Notes under the pieces: model-generated | The model's database searches: none | What the model was told of the DNA's origin: nothing | The model's input: the letters and a program-made list of their open reading frames with translations, nothing else | Position numbers and translations under genes: made by a program | Assembly: GCA_015484595.1 (NCBI GenBank) | Contig: WFMM01000008.1 | Span: 288 to 64,287, forward strand | Direction: 5' to 3' | DNA length: 64,000 bases | Source of the DNA: Nitrospirota bacterium | GTDB taxonomy: Bacteria; Nitrospirota; Thermodesulfovibrionia; Thermodesulfovibrionales; JdFR-85 | Part shown: one piece after another, positions 12,240 through 22,151 of the stretch | Layout of the letters: the number at the start of each line of letters is the position of its first letter | How positions within the stretch are numbered: the first letter of the stretch is position 1

Positions 12240-13818
12240 CCTTTTTAAGGTAGATGCTAAACTCAGTCCCCTCGCCCTCAGAAGAGTGCACCTCTATCTT
12301 TCCACCGTGCTCCTCTACAATCCTGTAGGAGATGGCAAGCCCAAGACCTGTGCCTTCCTTTTTGGTGCTGAAAAAGGGATAGAAGATCTTTTCCCTGTCC
12401 TCCTCCTTTATTCCAGAGCCGTAATCTCTCACTCTTATATTACAGAAAAAGCCCACATCTTTTAAAGACACCTCCACCACCCCACCTTCAGGGCTTGCCT
12501 GCACTGCGTTTATCAGGACATTCCAGAGAAGCTGTCTTATCTTGTTTTCATCCACTGTGACGAAGACATCAGGCTGAATGTCTCTTTTCAGGTTTATATC
12601 CCTGTCGGTTGAGACCATGTCACACACAGAGTTTACAAGCCCCGAGAGGTCTGTCCTCTTTTTCTCAAGGGGTTTAGGATTTGAGTACATGAGGAACTCC
12701 GTCACTATGGTGTTAAGTCTGTCCATCTCCTTAATGGCAATCCTCATAAGCCGTTTTTTCGTCTCCTCTGGAAGGGTGTCTTCCTTTAGCATCTCTATTG
12801 AGTTCTTTATAGAGGCAAGGGGGTTTCTTATCTCATGTGCCATGTTGGCCGAAAGCTCACCAATTGCTGCAAGACGGTCCTTCCGCTTCATCTCCTCTTC
12901 AAGCTTAACGATGCCTGTCAGGTCCTGAAAGGTGCCTATGTAACCAAGCTCCCTTCCAGCTGAATCGCGATTAAGGGAGATGTTCATACCCACATACTGA
13001 ACCTCACCGTCTCTCTCCACCTTTCCGTTACATCTGCCAAGGCTCAGGGGAAGATCGAGAAAGGGGAACACCTCCTTTATGCTCTTCATCATAAGGGTCT
13101 CCCTGGGCTGCCCCACTATCTGCTCACCAGCCCTGTTAATAAAGGTAATCCTTCCCTGAAGGTCTGTGGTGAAAAGCCCGCTTGGTATGTTTTCTATCAC
13201 CTCGGAGTGGAATCTGGAGAGTTCCTTTAAATCTATGTCCCTTTTTTCAAGGCTTTCTGAGGTAAGCTCAAGTCTCTGCACCAGATAGCCCATCAAAAAG
13301 GCGGTGATGTAAAGCCCTGTGGTGTTAATTACCAGGTTGTAAAAAAAGTCCTTTACCTGATAGGAGGCATTGTACTTTATGGGCAGGTAATTGTAGTACT
13401 GAAGGTCGATCATGAGACCGTACAGGATGGCTCCAACAGAGGCTATAATAAAACCACCCCTCCTTCCAAGTATTATGGAGCTTCCAATAACGGCAAGTAT
13501 CAAAAGAAAGGAAAACCAGCTTTCAATCCCTCCTGTAAGCAGTATGAGTATTACAATCAGAACGGTATCTGTTATTAACTGAAGATAGGCAAAGGCTTTG
13601 TATTTCTTCAGGTCTGCTGGAAGTCTCTTAAGCAGATATAGATACCCAACCGTAAGCAGTAAGATGCCAATAATCCACCAGTTTATGTATCTGTAAAGGG
13701 GATAACCCTTTCCCTTTAGCTGGAGAAAGACCATAAGGCCAAAGAAGATTATAACTAATAAAAGGCGGAAGGCGGATAGAACCTTAAGCCCCTTTTTAAT
13801 CTGTCTCAGTCTTCTCAT
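12217..13818 (-). CDS. pilS: Sensor histidine kinase with a polytopic N-terminus (PilS-like)
   Basis: 533 aa. About six N-terminal TM helices, a PAS-like region, H-box MAHEIRNPL, and HATPase motifs (GSGI, GTGLGLAIS). Confidence 0.72.
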   Translation of the reverse strand: MRRLRQIKKGLKVLSAFRLLLVIIFFGLMVFLQLKGKGYPLYRYINWWIIGILLLTVGYLYLLKRLPADLKKYKAFAYLQLITDTVLIVILILLTGGIESWFSFLLILAVIGSSIILGRRGGFIIASVGAILYGLMIDLQYYNYLPIKYNASYQVKDFFYNLVINTTGLYITAFLMGYLVQRLELTSESLEKRDIDLKELSRFHSEVIENIPSGLFTTDLQGRITFINRAGEQIVGQPRETLMMKSIKEVFPFLDLPLSLGRCNGKVERDGEVQYVGMNISLNRDSAGRELGYIGTFQDLTGIVKLEEEMKRKDRLAAIGELSANMAHEIRNPLASIKNSIEMLKEDTLPEETKKRLMRIAIKEMDRLNTIVTEFLMYSNPKPLEKKRTDLSGLVNSVCDMVSTDRDINLKRDIQPDVFVTVDENKIRQLLWNVLINAVQASPEGGVVEVSLKDVGFFCNIRVRDYGSGIKEEDREKIFYPFFSTKKEGTGLGLAISYRIVEEHGGKIEVHSSEGEGTEFSIYLKKDEADYEQ

Positions 13819-13828
13819 AGGCCGGTAT

Positions 13829-13892
13829 CAACGCGACTAACGCAACTAACGCGATAAACGCGATAAACGCAATGAACGCAATGAACGCAATC
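13829..13892. repeat. Repeat family R3: 9-bp minisatellite (NAACGCRAY), about 7 units
   Basis: caacgcgac taacgcaac taacgcgat aaacgcgat aaacgcaat gaacgcaat gaacgcaat. It fills most of the 76-nt gap between the pilC stop and the pilS start. Confidence 0.9.
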
Positions 13893-13894
13893 AG

Positions 13895-15100
13895 CTACTT
13901 GATAAGCTGTCCCATCTTGAATATGGGCATGTACATGGAGATAATAATAAACCCAACGGTTCCACCAAGAAAGACCATCAGGAATGGCTCTATAAGGGAT
14001 GTAAGGGTTGACACTGCTGCATCCACCTCATCGTCGTAAAAGTCTGCAATCTTGCCAAGCATCGCATCAAGGGCTCCAGTGGATTCACCCACTGCTATCA
14101 TGTGGTTTACCATTGGTGGGAAAACCTTTGACTTCATAAGTGGTTCAGAGATGGTCTTACCCTCTGAAACCGCCTGTCTAACCTCGTATATTGCCCTTTC
14201 TATCACCTTGTTACCAGAGGTCTTTGCCGTGATGTCAAGTCCATCGAGTATGGGGACACCACTGCTTGTAAGGGTACCAAGGGTTCTTGTGAATTTTGCA
14301 ATGGCTGCCTTTTGGATGATAGGACCAAAAACGGGAAAGGACAGTAAGAACTTATCAATAATATACTTTCCCCTGTCGGTCTTTCTCATCTGAACGACCA
14401 GCACAGCAAGGAATACCAATATCCCCAGTATTATAAGCCCGCCAATGCCTGCAATAAAATTACTTGCTGCAACGGTTATCCTGGTTGGAAGAGGCAGTGT
14501 CCCCCCAAGGCTTGAGTACATCTTGGTAAAGGTGGGGACAACGAAAATCATTATGATGGTAACCACTGCAATGGCAACCACAGTAACCACTGCAGGATAG
14601 ACCATTGCACCCTTTACCTTCTTTTTCAGTTTCATTGACTTTTCTATATAGGCAGCAAGCCTTGCCAGAATGGTGTCAAGGATACCTCCTGCCTCACCAG
14701 CAGCCACCATGTTTACATAAAGCTCGCTGAAGACCTTCGGGTGCTTTCTCAGCGCATCTGCATAGGTTGAGCCTGCTTCCACATCAAGTTTTATCTGGGA
14801 AAGCACAGAGGCGAGCCTTTTGTTCTCCACCTGCGTTGAAAGTATCTCAAGCGCCTGCACAAGGGGCAAGCCAGCATCTATCATGGTGGCAAACTGTCGG
14901 GTAAATACGACGATGTCTTTGTCTTTTATTTTACCAAAGGACAGTGACCTCTTGGCCTTTTTTTTCTCTGTTACTGAAGTGGGGACGATGTTTCTCTTTC
15001 TTAGCTGGGCAATTACCTCTTCCTTTGATGAAGCTACTATCTCACCAGATTCTGTTAGCCCTCGGGCATTACGCCCTGACCATTGAAATACAGTGGCCAC
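13895..15100 (-). CDS. pilC: Type IV pilus assembly platform protein PilC (GspF family)
   Basis: 401 aa. Duplicated T2SSF domains, three TM helices, and the typical C-terminus GESTGALD..MPIFKMGQLI. Confidence 0.92.
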   Translation of the reverse strand: MATVFQWSGRNARGLTESGEIVASSKEEVIAQLRKRNIVPTSVTEKKKAKRSLSFGKIKDKDIVVFTRQFATMIDAGLPLVQALEILSTQVENKRLASVLSQIKLDVEAGSTYADALRKHPKVFSELYVNMVAAGEAGGILDTILARLAAYIEKSMKLKKKVKGAMVYPAVVTVVAIAVVTIIMIFVVPTFTKMYSSLGGTLPLPTRITVAASNFIAGIGGLIILGILVFLAVLVVQMRKTDRGKYIIDKFLLSFPVFGPIIQKAAIAKFTRTLGTLTSSGVPILDGLDITAKTSGNKVIERAIYEVRQAVSEGKTISEPLMKSKVFPPMVNHMIAVGESTGALDAMLGKIADFYDDEVDAAVSTLTSLIEPFLMVFLGGTVGFIIISMYMPIFKMGQLIK

Positions 15101-15149
15101 TTACCCCTCCTTTTTTCTGGAGAGAGCCTTCTCCCCGATTTTTAGAATG

Positions 15150-15172
15150 AAAAACCCGTGGCAAGACCACGG
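15150..15172 (-). terminator. Intrinsic terminator or attenuator hairpin between pilT and pilC
   Basis: On the minus strand: CCGTGG-tcttg-CCACGG followed by GTTTTTC. Stem 15156-15161 / 15167-15172; the U-run corresponds to A 15150-15154. Confidence 0.55.
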
Positions 15173-15196
15173 AGCAATCTGCTCGCTGTTTATTCA

Positions 15197-16312
15197 CTAA
15201 AATCTCCTTGATTTAATCGTGGTTCGCATCTGCGATGAAGCAGCAGCAGGGCCATTCTGAATCATATTAATCAATTCATCTGGAATCGGTGACCTTCCAA
15301 GGGCATCCTCGTAGGATATGAGTCCCCTTGTATATAACTCATAGAGTGATTGGTTCATGGTCTGCATTCCAAACTTGGACTGACCTGTCTGCATCATGGA
15401 ATAAATCTGATGTACCTTGTCCTCACGGATAAGGTTTCGGATAGCAGGGTTTGGAACCAGGACCTCAACTGCAAGCACCCTGCCCCTACCGTCCTTTCGA
15501 GGAATAAGCTGCTGGGCAATTATACCTTCAAGCACAAAGGAAAGCTGCACCCTCACCTGGTCCTGCTGGTGGGGTGGAAACACATCTATAATCCTGTTAA
15601 TGGTCTGTATGGCTGAGTTTGTATGAAGTGTTGCAAGTGTAAGGTGACCTGTTTCTGACACACGAAGTGCCGCCTCAATGGTCTCAAGGTCTCTCATCTC
15701 ACCTATCAGCACCACATCAGGGTCCTGACGTAGAATGTACCTGAGTGCATCGTGAAAAGAGGCAGTGTCAGCGGTAACCTCTCTTTGATTGACGAGACAC
15801 TTTTTATGAGGGTGTAGATACTCGATTGGGTCCTCAATGGTTATGATGTGCTCCTCTCTTTCGTTGTTAATTCGGTCAATCATGGCAGCCAGTGTGGTTG
15901 TCTTACCCGAGCCGGTAGGACCTGTAACCAGTATAAGTCCCCTTGGCTTTTTTACAAGCTCGTTTACTATCTCTGGAAGACCCAGTTCCTGAAAGGTTCT
16001 TATGTTAAAGGGAATCGTCCTGAAGGCACCTGCCACTGCACCACGCTGCATGAAGATATTTGCCCTGAAACGACTGAGCCCCTTAACACCAAAGGACAGG
16101 TCAAGCTCGTTGTTTTCCTCAAACCTGTGCTTCTGGGCATCAGTTAGGATACTGTAGCAGAGTGCCTTTGTGTCAGCAGGTGTCAGTGGTGGATGGTCTA
16201 TGGCCTTCAGCTTTCCATCAATTCTTAATCTTGGTGGGCTGCCTGTTGTGATGTGCAGGTCAGAGGCGTTTTGCTGAATCATCATCTTTAAAAAGTCATA
16301 AAGCGTTGCCAT
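15197..16312 (-). CDS. pilT: Twitching motility ATPase PilT
   Basis: 371 aa. Walker A GPTGSGKTTT, PilT-type AIRNLIREDKVHQI motif, hexameric secretion ATPase family. Confidence 0.93.
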   Translation of the reverse strand: MATLYDFLKMMIQQNASDLHITTGSPPRLRIDGKLKAIDHPPLTPADTKALCYSILTDAQKHRFEENNELDLSFGVKGLSRFRANIFMQRGAVAGAFRTIPFNIRTFQELGLPEIVNELVKKPRGLILVTGPTGSGKTTTLAAMIDRINNEREEHIITIEDPIEYLHPHKKCLVNQREVTADTASFHDALRYILRQDPDVVLIGEMRDLETIEAALRVSETGHLTLATLHTNSAIQTINRIIDVFPPHQQDQVRVQLSFVLEGIIAQQLIPRKDGRGRVLAVEVLVPNPAIRNLIREDKVHQIYSMMQTGQSKFGMQTMNQSLYELYTRGLISYEDALGRSPIPDELINMIQNGPAAASSQMRTTIKSRRF

Positions 16313-16334
16313 AGCTTCCCAACTCCCATATCAT

Positions 16335-16369
16335 AAATCTCAAATCTTAAATCTAAAATCTGAAATCAC
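16335..16369. repeat. 7-bp tandem repeat AAATCTN, 5 units
   Basis: aaatctc aaatctt aaatcta aaatctg aaatcac. Occupies the 58-nt pilB-pilT spacer. Confidence 0.85.
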
Positions 16370-16370
16370 C

Positions 16371-18191
16371 TCAGTCTCCTACCGATACCCTGAGCACCTC
16401 CTCAATGCTTGTGACCCCTTCCTTTACCTTGTTAAGTCCACTCCTTCTTAAGGTCTTCATCCCTAACCTGATAGCCACCCTCTTTATCTCCTGTGAAGAG
16501 GCACCCTCAAGTATCAGCTCCTTTATCTCCTCTTTGATTGGCATAACCTCGTAAAGGGCAACCCTTCCCTTATATCCAGAGTTATTACAGGAGGCACAAC
16601 CCTTTCCCTTAAAAACCTTTAACCCTTCAATCTCCTCTTCTGTGAAACCAACCTTTAGCAAACCATCCTTTGGAACCTTCTCCTCAACCTTGCAGTTGGG
16701 GCATATCTTTCTTGCAAGCCTCTGGGCAAGAATCAGCACAACCGATGAGGAAACCAGAAAGGGCTCAATACCCATGTTAAGAAGCCTCGTTACCGTGCTT
16801 GGGGCATCGTTTGTGTGCAGTGTGCTTAAAACCATGTGACCTGTAAGTGCTGCCTTAACAGCTATCTCGGCTGTCTCAAAGTCACGAATCTCACCAACCA
16901 TTATGATGTCAGGGTCCTGCCTTAAAAAGGACCTCAGGGCAGATGCAAAGGTAAGACCGATCTCCTCCTTCACCTGCACCTGATTGATTCCGTGGAAGTT
17001 GTACTCTACAGGGTCTTCTGCTGTCATTATATTGATACCTGGCTTATTCAGGTGGTTAAGGGCAGAATACAGGGTGGTGGTCTTACCAGAACCGGTTGGA
17101 CCTGTGACAAGAACCATTCCGTAGGGCTTTTCAATGGCCTCCATGAAGTCCTTTAACTGGTCCTGCTCAAAACCGAGCTTGGTCATGTCAATCTGCAGGT
17201 TTGACTTATCAAGTATACGAAGAACCGTCTTTTCTCCAAACAGACAGGGCAGGGTGGATACACGGAAGTCTATCTCTCTCTTTCTTCCGAGCTTAAGCTT
17301 TATCCTGCCATCCTGTGGAAGCCTCCTTTCGGCGATGTCCAGTTTGGACATTATCTTTACCCTTGATGTAAGGGCATTTTTTATCTTAATCGGAAGGTTC
17401 ATCACATTGTACAAAACACCATCAATCCTGTAACGAACCCTGAGCACATTCTCGTAGGGCTCTATATGGATATCACTTGCACCCTGCTTTATGGCGTTTA
17501 TAAAAATACCGTTAACCAGTTTAACGATAGGGGCGTCTACCTCTTTAATGATCTCCTCGTCTTCCTGCTCCTCTACGGTCTCTATGTTATCAAGCGCACT
17601 ACCAACTATCTTGTCAAACTCATCAACATCCACTGTTGGGGCATCCTCCATGTCAAATCCATCGTCGGTATCTTCCATGTCGTCATCTGTCATTGTGAAG
17701 TCCTTAGGCTGAAGCACTGTAGATGCAGACTGTGGTGCATAGGTCATTTCTTTGACCACCTTTCCCTTACCGCTATAGTACTTGGCAATTGCATTTAAAA
17801 TAGAAGACTCTGAGGCAACCACCACATCTACATTGTAACCTGTCATGAACTTAATGTCGTCAATGGCAAAGATATTTGATGGGTCAGCCATGGCAACCGT
17901 CAGGGTTGCACCCACTCGTGCAACGGGAATCATCAGATACTTGCTTGCCATTTCAGCAGGCACAAGCCTTATAACTGCTGGGTCAATCTCGTAATCGGCA
18001 AGATTTATGGAGGGAACACCGTATTGTTTGCTTAAAAAGGCAACGAGCTTGTCTTCGGTTATGTAACCGAGCTTAATCAGTTTTGAGCCAAGACGCCCTC
18101 CCTCCTTACGCTGAAGATTAAGGGCCTCCTGTAATTGCGACTCTGTCACAAGATTTGACGCCAGTAATAGCTGGCCTAACTTAGCAGCCAT
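16371..18191 (-). CDS. pilB: Type IV pilus assembly ATPase PilB (GspE family)
   Basis: 606 aa. N-terminal T2SSE_N/MshEN-like domain, Walker A GPTGSGKTTT, tetracysteine CPNC...CASC. Confidence 0.92.
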   Translation of the reverse strand: MAAKLGQLLLASNLVTESQLQEALNLQRKEGGRLGSKLIKLGYITEDKLVAFLSKQYGVPSINLADYEIDPAVIRLVPAEMASKYLMIPVARVGATLTVAMADPSNIFAIDDIKFMTGYNVDVVVASESSILNAIAKYYSGKGKVVKEMTYAPQSASTVLQPKDFTMTDDDMEDTDDGFDMEDAPTVDVDEFDKIVGSALDNIETVEEQEDEEIIKEVDAPIVKLVNGIFINAIKQGASDIHIEPYENVLRVRYRIDGVLYNVMNLPIKIKNALTSRVKIMSKLDIAERRLPQDGRIKLKLGRKREIDFRVSTLPCLFGEKTVLRILDKSNLQIDMTKLGFEQDQLKDFMEAIEKPYGMVLVTGPTGSGKTTTLYSALNHLNKPGINIMTAEDPVEYNFHGINQVQVKEEIGLTFASALRSFLRQDPDIIMVGEIRDFETAEIAVKAALTGHMVLSTLHTNDAPSTVTRLLNMGIEPFLVSSSVVLILAQRLARKICPNCKVEEKVPKDGLLKVGFTEEEIEGLKVFKGKGCASCNNSGYKGRVALYEVMPIKEEIKELILEGASSQEIKRVAIRLGMKTLRRSGLNKVKEGVTSIEEVLRVSVGD

Positions 18192-18240
18192 AGAAATAAG
18201 ATACCATATTCTTTCTAAAATTAAAAGTGTTTAGTATCAC

Positions 18241-18440
18241 AGGGCTTTGAGGGGCTCCGCCCCTCAAACTCCCCCTATATGGTTAAAGTATTATCCTTAT
18301 CGGGGTTCCAAAGGGGTGAAACCCCTTTGAGAGGGGGCGAAGCCCCCTCAAACTCCCCAATATGGTTAAATTTTTTCATTAATCTGGGGTTCCAAAGGGG
18401 TGAAACCCTTTTGAGAGGGGCTCCGCCCCTCAAACTCCCC
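18241..18440. repeat. Repeat family R2, second tandem array (one partial unit and two full units)
   Basis: ggggttccaaaggggtgaaacccctttgagagggggcgaagccccctcaaactcccc occurs twice, with linkers aatatggttaaattttttcattaatct. Same unit architecture as 5648-5857. Confidence 0.85.
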
Positions 18441-18486
18441 TATAATCCAAAAACCTAAATTCTAATATCTAAATTATAGATTTTAA

Positions 18487-18600
18487 CAGGGTGTAGTTTT
18501 TCAGTTTTGAGTGCATAGTTTTTAGTGTTTAGTAAAAAACCCTTCAATTCAACACTCAACACTCAAAACTCAACACTAACTAAACCCCCCAATCCCACCC
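18487..18600. repeat. Repeat family R1, copy 3 (shortened arms)
   Basis: cagggtgtagtttttcagttttgagtgcatagtttttagtgtttagtaaaaaacccttcaattcaacactcaacactcaaaactcaac. Confidence 0.8.
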
Positions 18601-18713
18601 AACGCGATAAACGCAAAAAACGCAACAAACGCAAAGAACGCTATAACGCAACGAACGCGATTAACTCGATTAACGCAATGAACTCGAAAAACGCTATTAA
18701 CGCAATCAACACC
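18601..18713. repeat. Repeat family R3: 9-bp minisatellite, about 12-13 units
   Basis: aacgcgata aacgcaaaa aacgcaaca aacgcaaag aacgctat aacgcaacg aacgcgatt aactcgatt aacgcaatg aactcgaaa aacgctatt aacgcaatc. Confidence 0.9.
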
Positions 18714-18811
18714 TATATTGAAAAAACACAAATAATTCTGTTAGATTTAGAGACATTGTTAAGTCTTTCTTAAATTTATAACATAAAAGCTCTGTAAATT
18801 TCACGGATAAG

Positions 18812-19900
18812 ATGTTAAAAAAACTGAGAAAAGAGATCGACCAGATAGACGAAGAGATACTTAAGCTCCTTAATCGTCGGGCTGAGGTTGTCCTTGAAAT
18901 TGCCGAAGAAAAGAGGAAAAAGAACGAGCGGTTCTATGTCCCCCACAGAGAGCACGAGATACTTCAAAGACTGACCAGGTTAAACAAGGGTCCATTCCCA
19001 AACGATGCACTCAGGATTATATTTCGTGAGATAATCTCTGCATCCCTTAGCCTTGAAGAGCCCCTTAAGGTTGCCTGTCTTGGGCCACTGGCCACCTTCA
19101 CCCATCTTGCAGCAATCAGGCACTTTGGCTCCTTTGCAAAGATAATCCCTGTTGACAGCATAAAGGATGTGTTTGAGGCAGTACTTGACAAAAGCGCTGA
19201 CTACGGTGTGGTGCCCATAGAAAACTCCAATGAAGGAGTGGTAAGCCACACCCTTGACATGTTCATGGATGTTGACCTGAAGGTCTCAGCAGAGATAATG
19301 CTTGAGGTCACCCATAATCTGCTTTCAAAATCAGGAGACATCAAAAAGATTAAAAAGATATATTCCCATCCACAGGCCTTTGCCCAGTGCAGAAGGTGGC
19401 TTGAAAGAAACATGCCTGATGCAGAGCTTGTGGATACCACGAGCACGGCAAAGGCTGCAGAGCTTGCCGCCAGGGACCCAAAAGGAGCAGCCATTGCAAG
19501 TGACCTTGCTGCAAAGATGTACGACCTGAAGTTCGTAAAAAGGAGCATTGAGGACAACAAAAACAACTACACCCGATTTCTGGTTATCTCCGAAGACTTC
19601 CCTCCACCAACAGGAAAGGATAAGACCTCAATCATGCTATCCATAAAAGATAAACCCGGTGCCCTCTTTGAGGTTCTTACCCCTTTTTATAAAGAAAAGA
19701 TCAATCTTACCAAGATTGAATCAAGGCCCTCAAAGAGAAAGGCCTGGGAGTACATATTCTTCATCGACCTTGAAGGCCATATAAATGACAAAAAGGTCTT
19801 AAAGGCACTTAAATCCATAGAGAAATACTGCATCTTTCTGAAGGTGCTTGGCTCTTATCCAAAGTCTGAGATAATGAACAAAGGAGTAGAGGTAAGATGA
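18812..19900 (+). CDS. pheA: Bifunctional chorismate mutase / prephenate dehydratase
   Basis: 362 aa. N-terminal CM helix (LRKEIDQIDEEILKLLNRR), PDT domain, C-terminal ACT domain with ESRPS. Confidence 0.92.
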   Translation: MLKKLRKEIDQIDEEILKLLNRRAEVVLEIAEEKRKKNERFYVPHREHEILQRLTRLNKGPFPNDALRIIFREIISASLSLEEPLKVACLGPLATFTHLAAIRHFGSFAKIIPVDSIKDVFEAVLDKSADYGVVPIENSNEGVVSHTLDMFMDVDLKVSAEIMLEVTHNLLSKSGDIKKIKKIYSHPQAFAQCRRWLERNMPDAELVDTTSTAKAAELAARDPKGAAIASDLAAKMYDLKFVKRSIEDNKNNYTRFLVISEDFPPPTGKDKTSIMLSIKDKPGALFEVLTPFYKEKINLTKIESRPSKRKAWEYIFFIDLEGHINDKKVLKALKSIEKYCIFLKVLGSYPKSEIMNKGVEVR

Positions 19901-20994
19901 TTACACCACCTCCATATATTCAGAGCATTAAACCCTATGTCCCTGGAAAGCCCATTGAGGAACTCCAGCGTGAACTTGGTATAAAAGAGGCAATAAAACT
20001 TGCCTCCAATGAAAACCCCCTGGGCCCATCACCAAAGGCACTAACTGCGATAAAAGAGCATATGGGAAACATAAACCGTTACCCCGAAGGCGGCGCCTAC
20101 TATCTAAGAAAGGCCCTGAGTGAAAAGATCGGCATAAAGGAGGAGTGTTTTATCTTTGGCAACGGCTCAAACGAGCTCCTTGACATAGCTGTCAGGACCT
20201 TCATGACCCCGGAAGATGAGGCTGTGATGGCCTGGCCATCCTTCATAGTTTACCCCCTGGCTGTTCAGATAATCGGAGCAAAGAGCATTAAGGTGCCCCT
20301 TACATCAGACCTGCGGCATGACCTTTCAGAGATGGCAAAGGCAATTACTGATAAAACCAAGATTATCTTCATTGCTAACCCCAATAATCCAACAGGCACA
20401 ATAAATTATGCCGACGAGTTTGAGGCATTTATGAAGGATGTGCCAGAGGATGTGCTTGTTATAGTGGATGAGGCATATTACGAATATGTAAGGGACCCCC
20501 GATACCCTGACACCCTTGAATACCTTAAGGATGGAAGAAACATACTTATACTTCGCACTTTTTCCAAAGCCTACGGGCTTGCAGGACTCAGGATTGGTTA
20601 TGGGATGACAAAACCAGAGATAGTTACAGAGATGAACAAGGTCAGAGAGCCCTTTAACACCAACTCTCTGGCACAGGTTGCTGCACTTACAGCACTTGAG
20701 GATGAAGAGCATCTGAGGAAATGCATTGAAATAAACGAGGAAGGAAAAAAATATCTCTACAGTGAATTTGAAAAACTGGGTCTTCAATATGTCCCTACAG
20801 AGACAAACTTTATCTTTGTAAAACTCTCTGGCATCACCTCACAGGAATTATATGGAAGACTACTTAAACAGGGAGTCATCATTCGTCCAATAGGTGAGGA
20901 CTCTGTCCGCATAACAATCGGTCTTCCTGAGGAAAACAGAAAACTGATTGAAGCATTGAAAAGACAGGAGGTCCTATGGACATCATCGTTTTAA
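19897..20994 (+). CDS. hisC: Histidinol-phosphate / aromatic aminotransferase (class II)
   Basis: 365 aa. [12 protein letters not shown] and the PLP-lysine motif [14 protein letters not shown]. Its position in an aromatic amino-acid operon suggests a dual role. Confidence 0.85.
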   Translation: MITPPPYIQSIKPYVPGKPIEELQRELGIKEAIKLASNENPLGPSPKALTAIKEHMGNINRYPEGGAYYLRKALSEKIGIKEECFIFGNGSNELLDIAVRTFMTPEDEAVMAWPSFIVYPLAVQIIGAKSIKVPLTSDLRHDLSEMAKAITDKTKIIFIANPNNPTGTINYADEFEAFMKDVPEDVLVIVDEAYYEYVRDPRYPDTLEYLKDGRNILILRTFSKAYGLAGLRIGYGMTKPEIVTEMNKVREPFNTNSLAQVAALTALEDEEHLRKCIEINEEGKKYLYSEFEKLGLQYVPTETNFIFVKLSGITSQELYGRLLKQGVIIRPIGEDSVRITIGLPEENRKLIEALKRQEVLWTSSF

Positions 20995-22004
20995 AACCAG
21001 GCTCAACTGATGACGACATAAAGCATGTTGTTAAAAAGCTTGAAAGCAAGGGGCTCAGGGCTCACATCTCAAAAGGCACGGAAAGAACCATCATAGGTGT
21101 AATAGGTGATACATCAAGGGTGACAGAGGATGAGGAAAACGCAATCCGTGCCATAGAGGCAGTCGAAAATGTAATGCGTATCATAAAGCCCTACAAGCTT
21201 GCAAGCCGGGAGTTTCACAAAGAGGGCACGGTAATAGATGTCAGGGGCCGTAAGATCGGGGCTCAGAAGGTTCACATAATAGCAGGTCCCTGCTCAGTAG
21301 AAAACAGGGCCATGCTTTTAAGTATTGCTGAAAAGGTACGGGATGCAGGGGCTACTCTTCTTAGAGGTGGTGCCTTTAAACCAAGGACATCTCCCTATAG
21401 CTTTCAGGGCCTCGGAGAAGAGGGGCTTCAGATACTGAAAGATGCCAGTGAGCAGACAGGGCTTCCTGTTGTGACAGAGGTGATGGACCCAAGGGATGTA
21501 GAGATTGTTGCCAGATACGCTGACATACTGCAGATTGGTGCCCGTAACATGCAGAACTTCAGACTGCTACTTGAGGTAGGCCAGACCAATAAGCCTGTTC
21601 TTCTTAAACGGGGGCTTTCTGCAACCATCAAAGAGTGGCTCATGGCAGCAGAGTACATAATGTCAAGGGGTAATCACAGGGTCATACTTTGTGAAAGGGG
21701 GATAAGGACCTTTGAGACTGCCACAAGAAACACCCTTGATCTGTCAGCAGTGCCAGTGCTTAAGAAACTCACTCACCTGCCTGTTATAGTTGATCCAAGC
21801 CATGGTGTGGGCAAATGGGATCTGGTTATACCCATGGCAAGAGCTGCAGTTGCAGCAGGTGCAGACGGGCTCATGATAGAGGTACATACAAACCCTGAAG
21901 AGGCACTTTCAGATGGTGAGCAATCCCTCAAACCCGATCTGTTTAAAACACTCGTCCAGGAGTGTAACCTCATAGCCCAAGCCGTAGGAAGAACACTTCT
22001 ATAG
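20976..22004 (+). CDS. 3-deoxy-7-phosphoheptulonate (DAHP) synthase, type I-beta, with an N-terminal regulatory domain
   Basis: 342 aa. [24 protein letters not shown] and VDPSH motifs. N-terminal ferredoxin-like domain of about 70 aa, as in Thermotoga-type enzymes. Confidence 0.9.
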   Translation: MDIIVLKPGSTDDDIKHVVKKLESKGLRAHISKGTERTIIGVIGDTSRVTEDEENAIRAIEAVENVMRIIKPYKLASREFHKEGTVIDVRGRKIGAQKVHIIAGPCSVENRAMLLSIAEKVRDAGATLLRGGAFKPRTSPYSFQGLGEEGLQILKDASEQTGLPVVTEVMDPRDVEIVARYADILQIGARNMQNFRLLLEVGQTNKPVLLKRGLSATIKEWLMAAEYIMSRGNHRVILCERGIRTFETATRNTLDLSAVPVLKKLTHLPVIVDPSHGVGKWDLVIPMARAAVAAGADGLMIEVHTNPEEALSDGEQSLKPDLFKTLVQECNLIAQAVGRTLL

Positions 22005-22151
22005 TTTCATTGAATCTCACATCAAGCTAAATTTTTAAAATGACATACATGGATTGATTATTTTGGTCTGTATAAAACACTGTATTGGATTGGTTTAATT
22101 TATAACAAAGAAAAGGGAAGCCTAATACTATGCAAAGATCGTAATCCTTTT

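Noticed and set aside
18525-18773. 82-aa ORF in the track (..NAINSINAMNSKNAINAINT..).
   Set aside because: It is entirely the translation of R1 and the 9-bp R3 minisatellite. It has no RBS and low-complexity composition.
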